A program made the position numbers and the translations under genes. A stretch of DNA of 64,000 bases from Eledone cirrhosa. Taxonomy: Eukaryota. Where the stretch lies: contig OZ024741.1 of NCBI GenBank assembly GCA_964016885.1, forward strand, positions 332,754,001 through 332,818,000, read 5' to 3'. The notes under the pieces are model-generated. The model ran no database searches, had not been told where the DNA came from, and saw only the letters and a program-made list of their open reading frames with translations. Each line of letters opens with the position of its first letter. Within the stretch, counting starts at the first letter, position 1. Shown here piece by piece: positions 12,110-25,348 of the stretch.

Positions 12110-13681
12110 TCATCATCATCATCATCATCATCATTTTACGTCCGCTTTTCCCTGTTTGCAAGGGTGGGACGGGTCCTATTCAGCACAGCATCTCTCCACT
12201 TGTCACGGTCCTTTGTCATCTCCTCCATTAGCTTCAGGGAACACCACCCTCCCATGCTAATCTGATCTCCTAGGTACCGGAAGCTATCAACCACTTCTAT
12301 AGCGCCCTCCTGCATTTGAAAAATGTGTCTATCAATATGACTTCTACTGTCTAATTTCCCTGTACATCTACTGCATATGTATTTCTCCCTACCTTATATG
12401 TTTGCCTGCTATCCCACTACATCTCTTGTGTACCCAAGATCTGCATTGTGTACATTTTATAGAATTTATGCCAGTTCCTTTTCTGCATATTGAACATGGC
12501 CATTTCCCTGATTGAATCAGAGTTTTGTCCTCTTTTCTACTTATCAACACTTTTGTCTTAGCTATGTTCACTCTCAGTCCTCTTGCTTCCAACTGCTGTT
12601 TCCATAGCCAGAATTTTTCCTCTAGCTCCTCTACTGATTCTGCTATAAGAACCAAATCCTCAGCATAGAGAAGTTCCCATGGGCAGCCAGTCTTAAACTC
12701 CTCTGTTATGGCCTGGAGGACTATAATGAACAAGAGCAGGCTGAGGACCAAACCCTGATGTACTCTTACTTGTATCTGGAATTCCTCACTAAACTCCATT
12801 CCTACTCTCACTTTACTGACAGCACCTCTGTACATAGCTTGCACTGTCCTCACAAGCCATTCCTCTACACCTAGTTTCCAGATGACAGATCGAGGTACCC
12901 TATCAAAGCCTTCTCTAGGTCAACAAAAGCTAAGTATAGTGGCTTATTCTTCTCTAAGAACCTCTCTTGTAGTTGTCTCACTAAGAAGAGGGCATCTGTT
13001 GTACTTTTCCCAAGCAGAAAACCAAACTGCATCTCATCTAATTTGACTCTTTCTTTAACCAGTTGCACTAATATTCTCTCTGCCACTTTCCAGAGTATCC
13101 CCTTTACCTTTAAGAAGAATACTGCTGCACCAGTCTTTGGGCATGACACCGCCATATATAGCTTGATTGATGATGTGTGCAACCAGTTTAGTGCCTACCT
13201 CTCCAGATGCCTTCAGCATCTCAGCAACTATTCCTGATGGTCCAGCGGCCTTACCATTTTTCATTTCCTTAATTGCATCTTGGACCCTATATTCGTAAAT
13301 CTCAATAGCTGGTCCCTCTGTCGGATCTACTGAGGGTAATTTCTCTCTCTCCCATTCGTTCTCCACATTCATCAGTCTCTCATAATGACATTTCCAGGCC
13401 TCCTTTTTCTGATCATTCATGAAACTAAGTACACCATCCTGGACACACTTATCTCCAACAACATCCTGACACATTGCCTTGCAATGCGGGACACTGCACG
13501 TCTCTGATCTTCCCGTCGCAGAACATTTGCAAACCTCCTCCTCTCAGCCTCCCTGCATGCTAAGTTCACCTGATGTCTAGCTTCTCTCTTAGAGGCTCTG
13601 TATCCTTGTCTACTCCCACCATTTTTCCAAGCGTTCCATGCTAGTCTTTTTTCTCTAATGGCCCTATTTACCGTGCTGTTC
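12110..13681 (-). mobile_element. RTE family A copy, 5'-truncated with internal deletions
   Basis: ORFs at 13055-13474, 12871-13182 and 12389-12853 closely match the copy at 7354-9409; the 3' end (12110-12230) is joined across a deletion; the 5' end abuts (TA)n. Confidence 0.93.
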
Positions 13682-13712
<31 letters not shown>

Positions 13713-13977
13713 AAGGTAAACAGAAATAATGACACAATTGGTACAGTACATGGAAGGAATATATTGGGTTAACGCTTGAAATAGCAGGAAGAGCGTCTTA
13801 ATGGATGCTAGTCCTTCATCAGAAGAAAGAATGAGAAATAAGATAGAATGAGGGGATGGGTGGGGTGGAATTGAAAAAAATGTCTTTAGATAAAAATAAC
13901 ATGTTGACATATATATAAAATATATATATATATATACAATATATTAACAAAAGAAACTATATTTATAAAACCCTATT

Positions 13978-14043
13978 TATTTCATTATACATATTTCAAG
14001 GGCCACCAAGGTAGTTTATGGTGCGCTTTCATCAGATAAAATA
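13978..14043 (-). ncRNA. Type I minimal hammerhead motif (left arm of palindrome)
   Basis: Minus strand: TATTTTAT-CTGATGA-AAGCGCACCA...TGGTGGCCCTT-GAAA-TATGTA-TA-ATGAAATA. Stem I pairs with one G-U, and AATAAA follows. Confidence 0.65.
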
Positions 14044-14180
14044 TAATATAGATTAGTTTTATAAATGAATATTGACATACCCTGAAAAAATGCAACCTTC
14101 ACGGTTGGAGTCTCCAGGAGACTCCAACCATGAAGGTTGCATTTTTTCAGGGTATGTCAATATTCATCTAATCTATATTA

Positions 14181-14246
14181 TATTTTATCTGATGAAAGCG
14201 CACCATAAACTACCTTGGTGGCCCTTGAAAAATGTATAATGAAATA
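14181..14246 (+). ncRNA. Type I minimal hammerhead motif (right arm of palindrome)
   Basis: Same motif as the left arm, but stem III reads AATGTA (one substitution). Confidence 0.55.
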
Positions 14247-14406
14247 AATATTGTTTTATAAATATAGTTTCTTTTGTTAATATATTGTATTTTTACTCCA
14301 ATAATTTGTTGAGTGCTTTATATCAGTTATAAAAATATTTTGCTTGTTGTATCCCAACAAATTAAATATAACCTCTACATATATATATATATATTTTATA
14401 TATATA

Positions 14407-14444
14407 TGTTTAGAAGCCTGAGCAACGCCAGGCCATTCTGCTAG
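14407..14444 (+). mobile_element. Isolated Helitron 3' terminus
   Basis: GCCTGAGCAACGCCAGGC hairpin plus CTAG|T, nearly identical to 38435-38472. Confidence 0.7.
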
Positions 14445-14567
14445 TATATATATATAACGATGATGATAACAATATATATATATAAAAAGCTGCTGCAGCT
14501 GATGATGATGATGATATATATATATATATATATAAAGATTTTAATGAAGTACTCCTCTGTAATCACC

Positions 14568-14654
<87 letters not shown>

Positions 14655-14732
14655 TGTATGTGTATACATACATTTATATATAAATATATATATAATATAC
14701 ATATATATCTATATATATATAAATATCTGAGG

Positions 14733-14786
<54 letters not shown>

Positions 14787-15015
14787 TCATACATACGCAC
14801 ACATGTATATATCCATACAGCCATACACATATACACACACCCAAAGACACACAGACAAGCCACATATGTCAATACCTAATTGATCAGCTCTGTCCCATTC
14901 TGAATTTTAAATTAAGACTTCCATCGTCTTTTTTCTCTTTTCTTTCGAGGTTAATTGACTTATTAATATCAATAAAGCTTTTGGATATACGTTTACTTAC
15001 TTATTTGGCCATAAC

Positions 15016-15051
<36 letters not shown>

Positions 15052-16689
15052 CATTAATAATAACAATATCAATGATGAATAATTACTTCGTTGTTTTTGT
15101 TTCATTGTAAATGCCACCACCACCACCACCACCACTACTACCACCACCACTACCATCACCTCCCAACCAACTCTACCACCACCACTACCACCACCGCCAC
15201 CACCACTACCACCACCACCACTACCACCCTAGCTATTGTTTTCTTCCTCTTTCCACCATCATCATCAACTCCACCACCATCCTTCTCTATCATCCTCTGG
15301 TTCTCTTCCTCCCCACCTCACTTGCTACCTCCACTCCCCACCACTTGCCACCTCCACCACCATCTTCCTCATCAAAGGGTCTCTTTAATTCTAGATATAC
15401 CAACCATAATATCATTGGTCATAGTGGATTATTATTTTTTTACTCTTTTATCTTTACAATTATTAATATATATTTTTTTGATTTTGCCATATTTATTTTG
15501 TATTTTTTTTGTGTGTGTTTTTTCTTTTCTTTGTGTCTTTTTTTTCTTCTGTTAATTCTTCCTATTATTTGTTATCCACCACCACCGCCACCACCACTAT
15601 AACCACTGCCACCGCAACCACCCCTACCACCATAACCGACCCACCCCACTAAAAAAAATTACCTTTTCAATGTTGTAAAAGGCTTCCTTTGATTAGAGGT
15701 ATTTTATGTCACGCATGGCTGAATCAGTTGCAAGTTCACTGTTATGGTCCAGAGAACAATGCTGCTCTGCTGTAGATGCCTCTTACAGCAGCAACTATTG
15801 TTTAGGAGGATCCGGCTTGTTTGTTCATGGCGTTGGTGGTGATTGTGGTGGTGGTGTCAGTAGTGGTGATTGTGGTGGTGGAGATGGTGATGGAGATGGT
15901 GGTGGTGGTGGAGATGGTGGGTGGTGGTGATTGTGGTGGTGGTGTCAGTAGTGGTGATTGTGGTGGTGGAGATGGTGGGTGGTGGTGATTGTGGTGGTGG
16001 TGTCAGTGGTGGTGATTGTGGTGGTGGAGATGGTGATGGAGATGGTGGTGGTGGTGGAGATGGTGGGTGGTGGTGATTGTGGTGGTGGTGGTGGTGGAGA
16101 TGAATGTGGTTCTGTGGTGGTGGAGATGGTGGAAGATATGGTGGTGATGAACATGGTGTTGGTGATGGTGGTGGAGATGGTGGTAGATGTGGAGATGGTG
16201 GTAAATGTGGAGGTGATGGTGATTGAGGTGGAGGTGATGGTGATTGTGGTGGTGGTGGTGGAGATGGTGGTAGATATGGTGGTAATTGTGGTGGTGGTGG
16301 TGGTGTTTGAGGTGGTGGTGGTGATTGTGGTGGTGATGGTGATTGTGGCATTGGTGTTGGTGATGATTGTGCTGGTGTTGGAGGTGGTAGATTTGGCAGT
16401 GATAAATGTGGTGGTGATAGTGATTGTGGTGTTGGTGGAGGTAACATTTATGGTGGTAGATGCAGTGGTGATTGTGCTGGTGGAAGTAATAATGGTGATG
16501 GCAGTGGGGGAGTGTTTTAAATTTACTGCAGTTATATACTTCTTATTGTATGTATTTGCGTGTGTATATATGTATGTGTGTGTGCTTGAGTGTGTGTGTG
16601 TATGTATGTATACAAATGCATAGATTTGATACAGAGCATCTTGGAACTCATCACCCATGAACTTTGAATTGCTGGACTATATAAATAAA

Positions 16690-17117
16690 TACACACACTA
16701 AAAAAAAAAAAATCTAGGGACGAAGTGATAAAAACTGACCTTGTTCACTTTCACCTCTCTAAGACAATGTCACTGGATCGAGACCTTTGGCAATATGCAG
16801 TTATACAGAAAACCCGTGTTCCCTTTCATACAAACTTAAGCCTACAGTAGGCACCTCTTAACCCAATATACACTCCTACTCCACCCTCCCACTTCCATCC
16901 ACTTTAAAGTGGTCATGTAGGAGACATGGTAAAAAGGCTCCCAGTCCACACTGTAAATGTAGTTGGTGCTAGGAAGGGCATCCAGTTGTAGAAAACCTGC
17001 CAGAAAATGTTCTGTACAAGCGAAGCATGGTCACCCAACCAATCTTGCCTCAAGTGGGACAAAACCGTCGAACCCATGCTAGCATGGAAGATGGACATTA
17101 AACAATGATGATGTTGA

Positions 17118-17122
<5 letters not shown>
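16690..17122 (+). mobile_element. RTE family B-related 3' fragment with 3' UTR
   Basis: Reads DLVHFHLSKTMSLDRDLWQYAVIQKTR, then the family B 3' UTR and a (GAT)n tail. Confidence 0.8.
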
Positions 17123-17172
<50 letters not shown>

Positions 17173-17582
17173 TGTATATCTTTTTGAATTAACTTTTTTA
17201 TAAATCATGTATATATATATATATAGTGTGTTTATTTGTACAAGATGTCTTTTATGAAAATAATTAAGTTTGGTAATCTTTCATTTTAAGTTCCCAGAAA
17301 ACTTTCAAACGGTTTTATTTTTAAATTTTATTGTCATTTTGGTTAACTAAAAGTGGTTATTTAAAAGTGTCTCTCTGTAAAATATACAGAATTAAGAAAG
17401 TTATGACAAAACTATGTATTTTTCTACTGCCTTATCAATTTCTTTGTCTGTCCATCACTCTATAACCTATCTATGTCTATCTACCTGAGTGAATATGTGT
17501 GTATGTGTATGTGTGTGTATGTGTTAATCTATATTCATTTGTCTAGCCATCAATAATCTTTCTCTCTCTCTTCTATCTTTAT

Positions 17583-17620
<38 letters not shown>

Positions 17621-17797
17621 CTATATAAGAAGACAGATATGCTATCTATAAGATAGCGGGTTCGTGCTAGCGTATGTGTCTGATGACTCGGTGAGAAGGA
17701 GGCAAAACTCAAGAGTAACAAGACTTACAATTTAACCTGAAATGAATACACACAAATAAACAGATGCACACACACTCACACACATACACATTATATA

Positions 17798-18750
17798 TAG
17801 ACATGAAAAATGCGCAAGCTCAAAAGTGCCACAGAATGTTATAATAAACCTTCAAAAGTGTGGGACTAGAGTTGTTGCTAAAAAATATTGTAATCATTAT
17901 ATATCGTACATTCTGTGGCATCCTTTATAAAAATAGCTTAAACCAACGAAGCCTTTATTTTTACGCTATTTCACTTAGTTAATTCTTAGAGTGTAACATA
18001 TAAAAATATGATTTACAACTATAAAATAAATTAATTAATATAATAACAGAGCTGCGGAGCTGAAATTTAGGAAATAATGGAGTATCGGATCCTGAGTTGG
18101 AGCCAGTCAATTTTTGACCGACTCCGCAGCCCTGTATAATACATTTCATATTAAAGTTATTAATAAACCTATTTTACACTTCATGCAAATTACCACGAGA
18201 TATTGATATTAGATATAAGATACAGCGCAATATCTACAGCTGTAAAAGTACGAAAGCGAAGTAATAATAAGTGGCTTAAGGTAATTCCAATATGAAAGTT
18301 TGTAGTGATAAAAATTTGATAATGCAATACGATTGTTAATATTATAGTTCTATGAAAATGTAACAATAGATAACTAAATTATTTTACTATTAGTATATTT
18401 AAGAAATTATCATTATAGATTTGATCGTTCATATAAGCATCATATTAAGTTTCAACACAATTATTTTGTTACTATGAGTATATGATAATAATATTACGTA
18501 ATTATTTATAGCTGTTATTACATTAAACATAGATGTATTTATTTTTATATGTTACACTCTAAGAATTAACTAAGTGAAATAGCGTAAAAATAAAGGCTTC
18601 GTTGGTTTAAGCTATTTTTATAAAGGATGCCACAGAATGTACGATATATAATGATTACAATATTTTTTAGCAACAACTCTAGTCCCACACTTTTGAAGGT
18701 TTATTATAACATTCTGTGGCACTTTTGAGCTTGCGCATTTTTCATGTCTA
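17798..18750. repeat. Fold-back structure: about 210-bp inverted repeats around a 530-bp spacer
   Basis: 17798-18008 is the reverse complement of 18540-18750; no mismatch found by eye. Confidence 0.92.
18047..18134. mobile_element. Very short hAT-type MITE
   Basis: TIRs CAGAGCTGCGGAG / CTCCGCAGCCCTG; 8-bp flanking repeat TATAATAA / TATAATAC. Confidence 0.65.
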
Positions 18751-19866
18751 GTTTAATATTTTTTTAAGGCAACGCTTGTAATAACTCTAGTTAAACAGGA
18801 TATATATTAATAATAAATTATCGTTGTAATGTAATTAGATTATGTAATTGTTATTATAAATTATCTTATAAATATTAGTGTAAGATGTATAAAAATATTT
18901 TCAGACTTTTAATATAAACAACTACAAAAAACAATCAATATTAAATCAATATATTATACATAATAGAAAACATAAAATATACAATACAAAAACAAAATAT
19001 TTACATACAATTGCAATTATCAGTGTATATACATTTTCTTTATATTCCCTGAGCAAATTAATAAGATTTGTTTTTATTGTACATAATTTGATGACTTGTT
19101 GGAGTGTATTAAAAGATAGCAACAATTTGTGATTAAATTGTTATCTTAAGCAACTCACTTTTTAATAGTTGTTGGCTGAGCGAAATTGTAAAAGCCTATG
19201 AGCAAATATAAAAAAAAATACACAAACAACATTTCCTTGTATTATTACAACATTAGATAAAATAATTGAGCAATGTCGTTATATTTTGCTCTTATTGCAC
19301 ATTAATAGTGTTTCTATTTTTCGGCACAAATCCATTACGGCAGTCCATTACTGGTACTTTATTTTATCGAATTAGTAAGTATGAAAGTCGAAGTTAACCT
19401 CGGCAGGATTTGAACTTAGAATGCAAAGGACCATAACAATACTGCAAAGCATGGTGTCTGACGCTCTACCAATACTTGTGTTGAGCTGGTCATTAATTTA
19501 TGGTGGTCGTGCGTGGAGTAGAGCAATCGCTAGTTGAAATATTATGAACAAAACATTTTTATTTGCCGAAGAACATATTTTCAATACTGTTTGTGAATGT
19601 GACGAAGGAAATACATTCTGATATGGAACAGTGTACAAAGTGTGTCTGTGAATAACATAATGTTACCTCATGTTGTTGTCAAGACATAATGGATTTCGTT
19701 TATCCAGTTAGAAGATGAAACCTAGCCATCTCGGATTAGTTATATTTCATGCCATGTGTAAACGTGTTTGAGGATAGCAAAATATGCGCGTTAATTATAA
19801 TAATTAGTTAATAATATTACAAAATATACCTAATTAAACTCTTTGCTTGAAATTTTATCATTCTTC

Positions 19867-19977
<111 letters not shown>

Positions 19978-20201
19978 TCTAGTCCTTCGCTCAAGATTAA
20001 TCTATAAGTTTAGATGTTTGCCTTCGTTTAAGTAAATATTACAGTAAGATTTTTAATATAAACAACTGCAAAAAACAATTAATATTAAAACGAAAAAATT
20101 ATCAATGATAAAAGAAGCGGATGCAACTTTTTTTTTTATAAAGTTATATTCCTGTTTCTTTAAAGAACATTTCATTTTTGTTCTATTGTAGGCGAAATAA
20201 T

Positions 20202-20387
20202 TGTTTCTACTTTAGGCACAAGGCCAGCAAATTACCCAGTACATTACTGGTACTTTATTTTATCGACCCCGTAAGGATGAAAGGCAAAGTTAACCTCGGC
20301 GGGATTTGAACTCAGACTGTAAAGGGACGTAACTATGCTAGAAAGCATGGCGTCCAACCCTCTACCGATACTGCCAATTCACCGCCC
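20202..20387 (-). mobile_element. Full-length tRNA-derived SINE with Nin/Deu-like central domain
   Basis: 15-bp TSD TGTAGGCGAAATAAT. Minus strand has A box TGGCAGTATCGG, B box GTTCAAATCC, then GCCTTTCATCCTTACGGGGTCGATAAAATAAAGTACC. Other copies at about 19310-19470, 20540-20586, 30110-30305, 40030-40180 and 44030-44205. Confidence 0.85.
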
Positions 20388-21519
20388 TGTAGGCGAAATA
20401 ATGCAATGGTTTAATAGGGAAGATATAACTTACGAATTATGTCTCTAACCGTGTAACGCTTTTTAAGTAGATAACTACAATTGAAAATACTAAAGAAATG
20501 GAACCAACAATTCAATTTGAAAGTCGTCTAGTGACAGTGTATTACTGGTACTTTATTTTATCGACCCCGTAACGATGAAAGGCAAAAATGCAAATGCTTA
20601 AAATTTAAATTGCCTTAATTCTATCGTCTGCTGTTTCATTAAAGGGAGATTATCGTCTGTATTTAATTCTATCGTCTACTGTTCCACTAAACAGATATAC
20701 CTCCACTATCGTCTCTATTTATACATTTTAACTTATAACTTATACACATTTGATTTGAAATATTTTATCTAGTCCCCCCTCTCAATATTATGATGATTTC
20801 TTTCGAATGAAACAGTTCTAGTCCTGTAGAAGCCATTTATATATATAATTGAACTGAGTTAAAAATTCACAATATTTATAATTAAATAAGCTCATATATA
20901 TATGTGTGTATTTATCTGTTTATTGTATTATATATAATGTGTGTATATACAGGATGTCCCCCAAAAATATATACACACTTCAACAGCATTCTAATAACTA
21001 TTGCCTGTACAGGTAATCAAAGTGTCAATCGAATGTTAGTTTCGTGTTTTAACAGTACAAATTTACAATACACACATAAAACCAGTGTATATACATACAT
21101 GAGTGTGTATACACATACATGAATGTGTATATACAATATATATGTATATATATATATAGACACATGTATTCACGGTGCAACGGTACATTAAAATATAGAT
21201 GCGGGAGAGGGGGTGTATATATAGGGGCGCTGGGGATAAAGGAGTGTAAAGCGTGTGTAATTGATATATTGAAGGAGAGGAGCGTGCAGCGATAGAGTAA
21301 CAAATATATAGAGAGGGGGAGAGATGGTATTGAAGGGGAGGAGTGCAAAGCGAAAGAGTAAGAGATATAAATAGAGACGGAACAGATAGAGAGAAACAGG
21401 CGTAAGTAACAGTGGAAGAGATATAGAGAGAGGTACTCTGATTGGTTGAAAATTAGCCAATCACATACGATCACCACCACGGCTATCCCCGAAAAATTTT
21501 TAAAGAAGCTAGGCATATA

Positions 21520-21573
21520 TGTTAGAACACGAAAAGTGAACATTCTGTGTTTCACACTTTTCGTGTTCTAACA
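21520..21573. repeat. Hairpin with 19-bp arms next to (TA)n
   Basis: TGTTAGAACACGAAAAGTG / CACTTTTCGTGTTCTAACA. Confidence 0.85.
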
Positions 21574-21588
21574 GATATATATATATAT

Positions 21589-21641
<53 letters not shown>

Positions 21642-22353
21642 GTATGTATATATGTGTGTGTTCTTTCCCTTATTATTGATTCGGTGTAATCATAAATTGG
21701 TAATCAATATGATGACAAATGACCAAGAAATGGTGTGAGCAGCATGTTCCTCCCAACAACAGAATAACAATCTTATTCATACATAATGAAAAGGACACTT
21801 ACACAGTGACATACAATATATGGAGACACAGATATGTCTCTCCCTCTCTCTTTATACACACATATATATATATGTGTGTATTATATATATATATATATAT
21901 GTGTGTGCATATATATGTATATATATATAGAGAGAGAGATAAATATATATATATATACACACACACATATAATATATATATGTTTAATATAGATATATAT
22001 ATGTATAATATATATATATATATATACATATATACATATATCATCATCATCATCATTGTTTAACGTCTATGATGATGATAATGAAATATATGTATATCAT
22101 CATCATCATCAACATCACTGTTTTACGTCCGTTCTTCTATGCTAGCATGGATTAGACAGGTTGTCCTGTTGTGGGCAGTGTCTGGTCGGCTGACCTTGTC
22201 TTGCTCATACAGGAACTGATTCTGGCTTGATTTCTACAGCTGGATGCCCTTCCTAACACCAACCTTATTTACAGTGAGTGCTGGGTACCTTTTTTCTGTG
22301 GCACCTACACGTCCACTTTACAGTGTGGGCTGGGTGCTTTTATGCCGTGGAAC

Positions 22354-24523
22354 TTCATGTCACAGCTACCCCAGTAGCTATGTGAGATGGCCAAACACTA
22401 GTATTTCTGGATTTTAATCAATCTTCAATGATATTTATTCACTTGATACTGAAGCAAATAAAATACGCTAATAGCTTATATAGATTTTTGCAGAGGATAT
22501 ATTTATGGAGATGTTCATTTAATGGGGCCGATATCATTGACTAAATCAAGGTGGTTCACCAGCAAGGCCAGTCTATTAATTGAAGCAAATAAAAGAACAT
22601 ATATATATATACATATATAAATATATATATATATATATATACACATTTATATTACATATACATATATATTATATATATATATCATCATCATCATCATCGT
22701 TTAACGTCCATCTTCCACGCTTGCATGGGTTTGGACGGGAATTTTCCCACTTGAGGCAAAATTGGTTGTCTTGCTTGTATAGGACTGTCTGGCGGGTTTT
22801 CTACGGCTGGATGCCCTTCCTAACACCAACCACATATACAGTGTGGAACTGGGAGGTTTTTACCGTGTTGCCTACACGGCCACATTACAGCGTGGACTGT
22901 GTGTTTTTTTTGTCGTGACACCTACACAACCTCATTTATTTCGGACTGGATGTTGTGGTACCAACATAACTTCACATTTAAGGGGGTGGTGTGGATAGGG
23001 TGGGGGTAGTGGGACGGGTGTATTTTTGTTAAGAGGTGCCTACTGACTGTAGGTTTCGCTTTGTACTTAGGCAAGGCGGGTCTTCTGTATTACTGTGTAG
23101 TGCCAAAGATCCCGGTCCAGCGACATTGTCTTGGAGAGGTGTAAGTGTGTGAGGTCGGAATTTATCAAGTCGTCCCAGGTTTTTCTGGGTCTGCCTACTC
23201 CGTGGTTAATGTCTATTTTGATCGCCCTGCACTTTTTTATACAGTTGTCGTCTTTCATGCGCATCACATGACCATACCAACGTAGTCTTCTCTTGAGTAA
23301 ACAACATCTGATCCCTCTTATTCCTAATTTCTCCCTTAGCTCATTTATGCTTTGCCGTTCACGTATATTACTATTACACATCCAACGGAGCATGCAAACT
23401 TCGTTCCTCTCCAGTCTGCGTATATCCTCTGCACACAATGCCCAAGTCTCACTGCCATGTAACATTGCAGGCATCATACAGCCTGCCTTTCATTTTTAGA
23501 GAGAACCCTTTAGCGGCCAATAGTGGTATAAGCTCTCTGAACTTTTTCCATCCCGTTCTGACTCTAGCTACTGTACTTTCAGAGCACCCTCCACCACTGC
23601 TGATTTTGTCACCCAGGTAATGGAAGGTGTCCACTTTTTCTAAGAACCATCTGTGCAATGGAATGAGCTAGTATTCTGTGGGCATTTGCTGCTACTTATT
23701 GCACCAGAGCACTGGCCACATATAAAATCTATATTCTTAGTTAGCTTACCTGTGATCCCACTACATCTTTTATGCACCCATACTTTGCATTTGGGACATA
23801 AAATGAGCATGGCCATTTCCCATATATATATATATGTATTATATATATGGTGCCACGGCAAAAAAGCACCCAATCCACACTGTAAAGTGGACGTGTAGGT
23901 GCCACAGAAAAAAGGTACCCACCACTCACTGTAAATGTGGTTGGTGTCAGGAAGGGCATCCAGCTGTAGAAATCAAGCTAGAATCAGTTCCCGTACGAGC
24001 AAGACAAGGTCAGCCGACTGGACACACTGCCCACAACAGGACAACCTGTCTAACCCATGTTAACGTGGAAGAACGGATGTAAAATGGTGATGATGATGAT
24101 GATGATCATGATCATCATCATCTTCGTTTAACATCCATTTTCCACGCTAGCATGGGTTATATAATATATATGTATATGTAATATATATGTGTATATATAT
24201 ATATAATATATATGTATATGTAATATAAATGTGTATATATATATATATATATATTTATATATGTATATATATATATATGTTCTTTTATTTGCTTCAATTA
24301 ATAGACTGGCCTTGCTGGTGAACCACCTTGATTTAGTCAATGATATCGGCCCCATTAAATGAACATCTCCATAAATATATCCTCTGCAAAAATCTATATA
24401 AGCTATTAGCGTATTTTATTTGCTTCAGTATCAAGTGAATAAATATCATTGAAGATTGATTAAAATCCAGAAATACTAGTGTTTGGCCATCTCACATAGC
24501 TACTGAGGTAGCTGTGACATGAA
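22354..24523. repeat. Inverted duplication of about 330 bp (22354-22680 vs about 24195-24523)
   Basis: Near-identical reverse-complement match, including the adjacent degenerate TA tract. Confidence 0.88.
22682..23822 (-). mobile_element. RTE family B 3' portion with 3' UTR
   Basis: CPKCKVWVHKRCSGITGK, YLGDKISSGGG, MLHGSETW, LRWYGHVMRM; 3' UTR and (GAT)n tail; 5' end at a TA tract. Confidence 0.93.
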
Positions 24524-25036
24524 CACACTTTAAAATACCTACAGCAAAACTTATGTATCTTTATTATACATAAATATATTGTATAAGCTTTCATATACAC
24601 CTCATATGGCAACATGAATGGAACTGTTATTTTTATCTAAATACCTTTTTTCCAATTTCATTCTGCTCATCTCTTCAATCTATCTAATTTCTCATTCTTT
24701 CTTCTGATGAAGGATTAGCATCTAAAACGTTAACACCCTCTTGATATTTCAAGTGTTAACCTAATATATTCCTTCCATATACTGTAACGATTCTGTTGTT
24801 ATTTCTGTTTACCTTTTGAATATATATATATATTTCGTTTCTGAATTTGTTTAGCAAGATTCTTTATCTGAAAACGTGTGTTGAAACCGATATTGTTATA
24901 CTTTGGGAGGGTCATGTTGCCAATAAGAAACACACGCACCAGTTGCTTTCACTCCAATTTATTATAAATTAAAAATTTTTTTTATAAATTTCCGGTTGGT
25001 TGGTTGGTTCCACAACCGGACGGTTATTCATATATT

Positions 25037-25079
25037 GTCAAAGTTCTTTCGTCACACATTCTGTGACCTCCTCAGTGAC
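25037..25079 (-). ncRNA. Compact minimal hammerhead motif (left arm)
   Basis: Minus strand: GTCA-CTGAGGA-G-GTCAC..GTGAC-GAAA-GAAC-TT-TGAC. Confidence 0.6.
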
Positions 25080-25194
25080 TGATGATTCTTTTCTTTGTTT
25101 TGTGCCTCTCCTTTGTTCTGTCCTATGCCATCTTGTTTTTGTGTGTGTTACAGGTGGTTTGGCAGTTTGAATGTGTTCTGCATATATAAACCTA

Positions 25195-25286
25195 CATATA
25201 TCTGATGACCTGTTGATGTAGAGTTGGGCCCTGGTTATCATGATCGCACCTTGAGCTGATCAATATCGAAACAATTATCATATGTG
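25195..25286 (+). ncRNA. Type I hammerhead motif with long stem II
   Basis: CATATAT-CTGATGA-(cc)TGTTGAT...ATCAATATC-GAAA-CAATTA-TC-ATATGTG, followed by AATAAA. Confidence 0.65.
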
Positions 25287-25348
25287 AATAAACAAGATAG
25301 CGTAGGACAGAACAAAGGAGAGGCACAAAACAAAGAAAAGAATCCCCA

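Larger units (their letters stand above)
13934..14290. repeat. Long palindrome (arms about 175 bp, centre 14116)
   Basis: ...GGTTGGAGTCTCC A GGAGACTCCAACC... extends outward with few mismatches and one small indel. Confidence 0.93.

Noticed and set aside
15835-16505. Extensin- or mucin-like Pro/Thr-rich ORFs
   Set aside because: Degenerate (GGT)n low-complexity tract open in several frames, with no unique flanking coding sequence.
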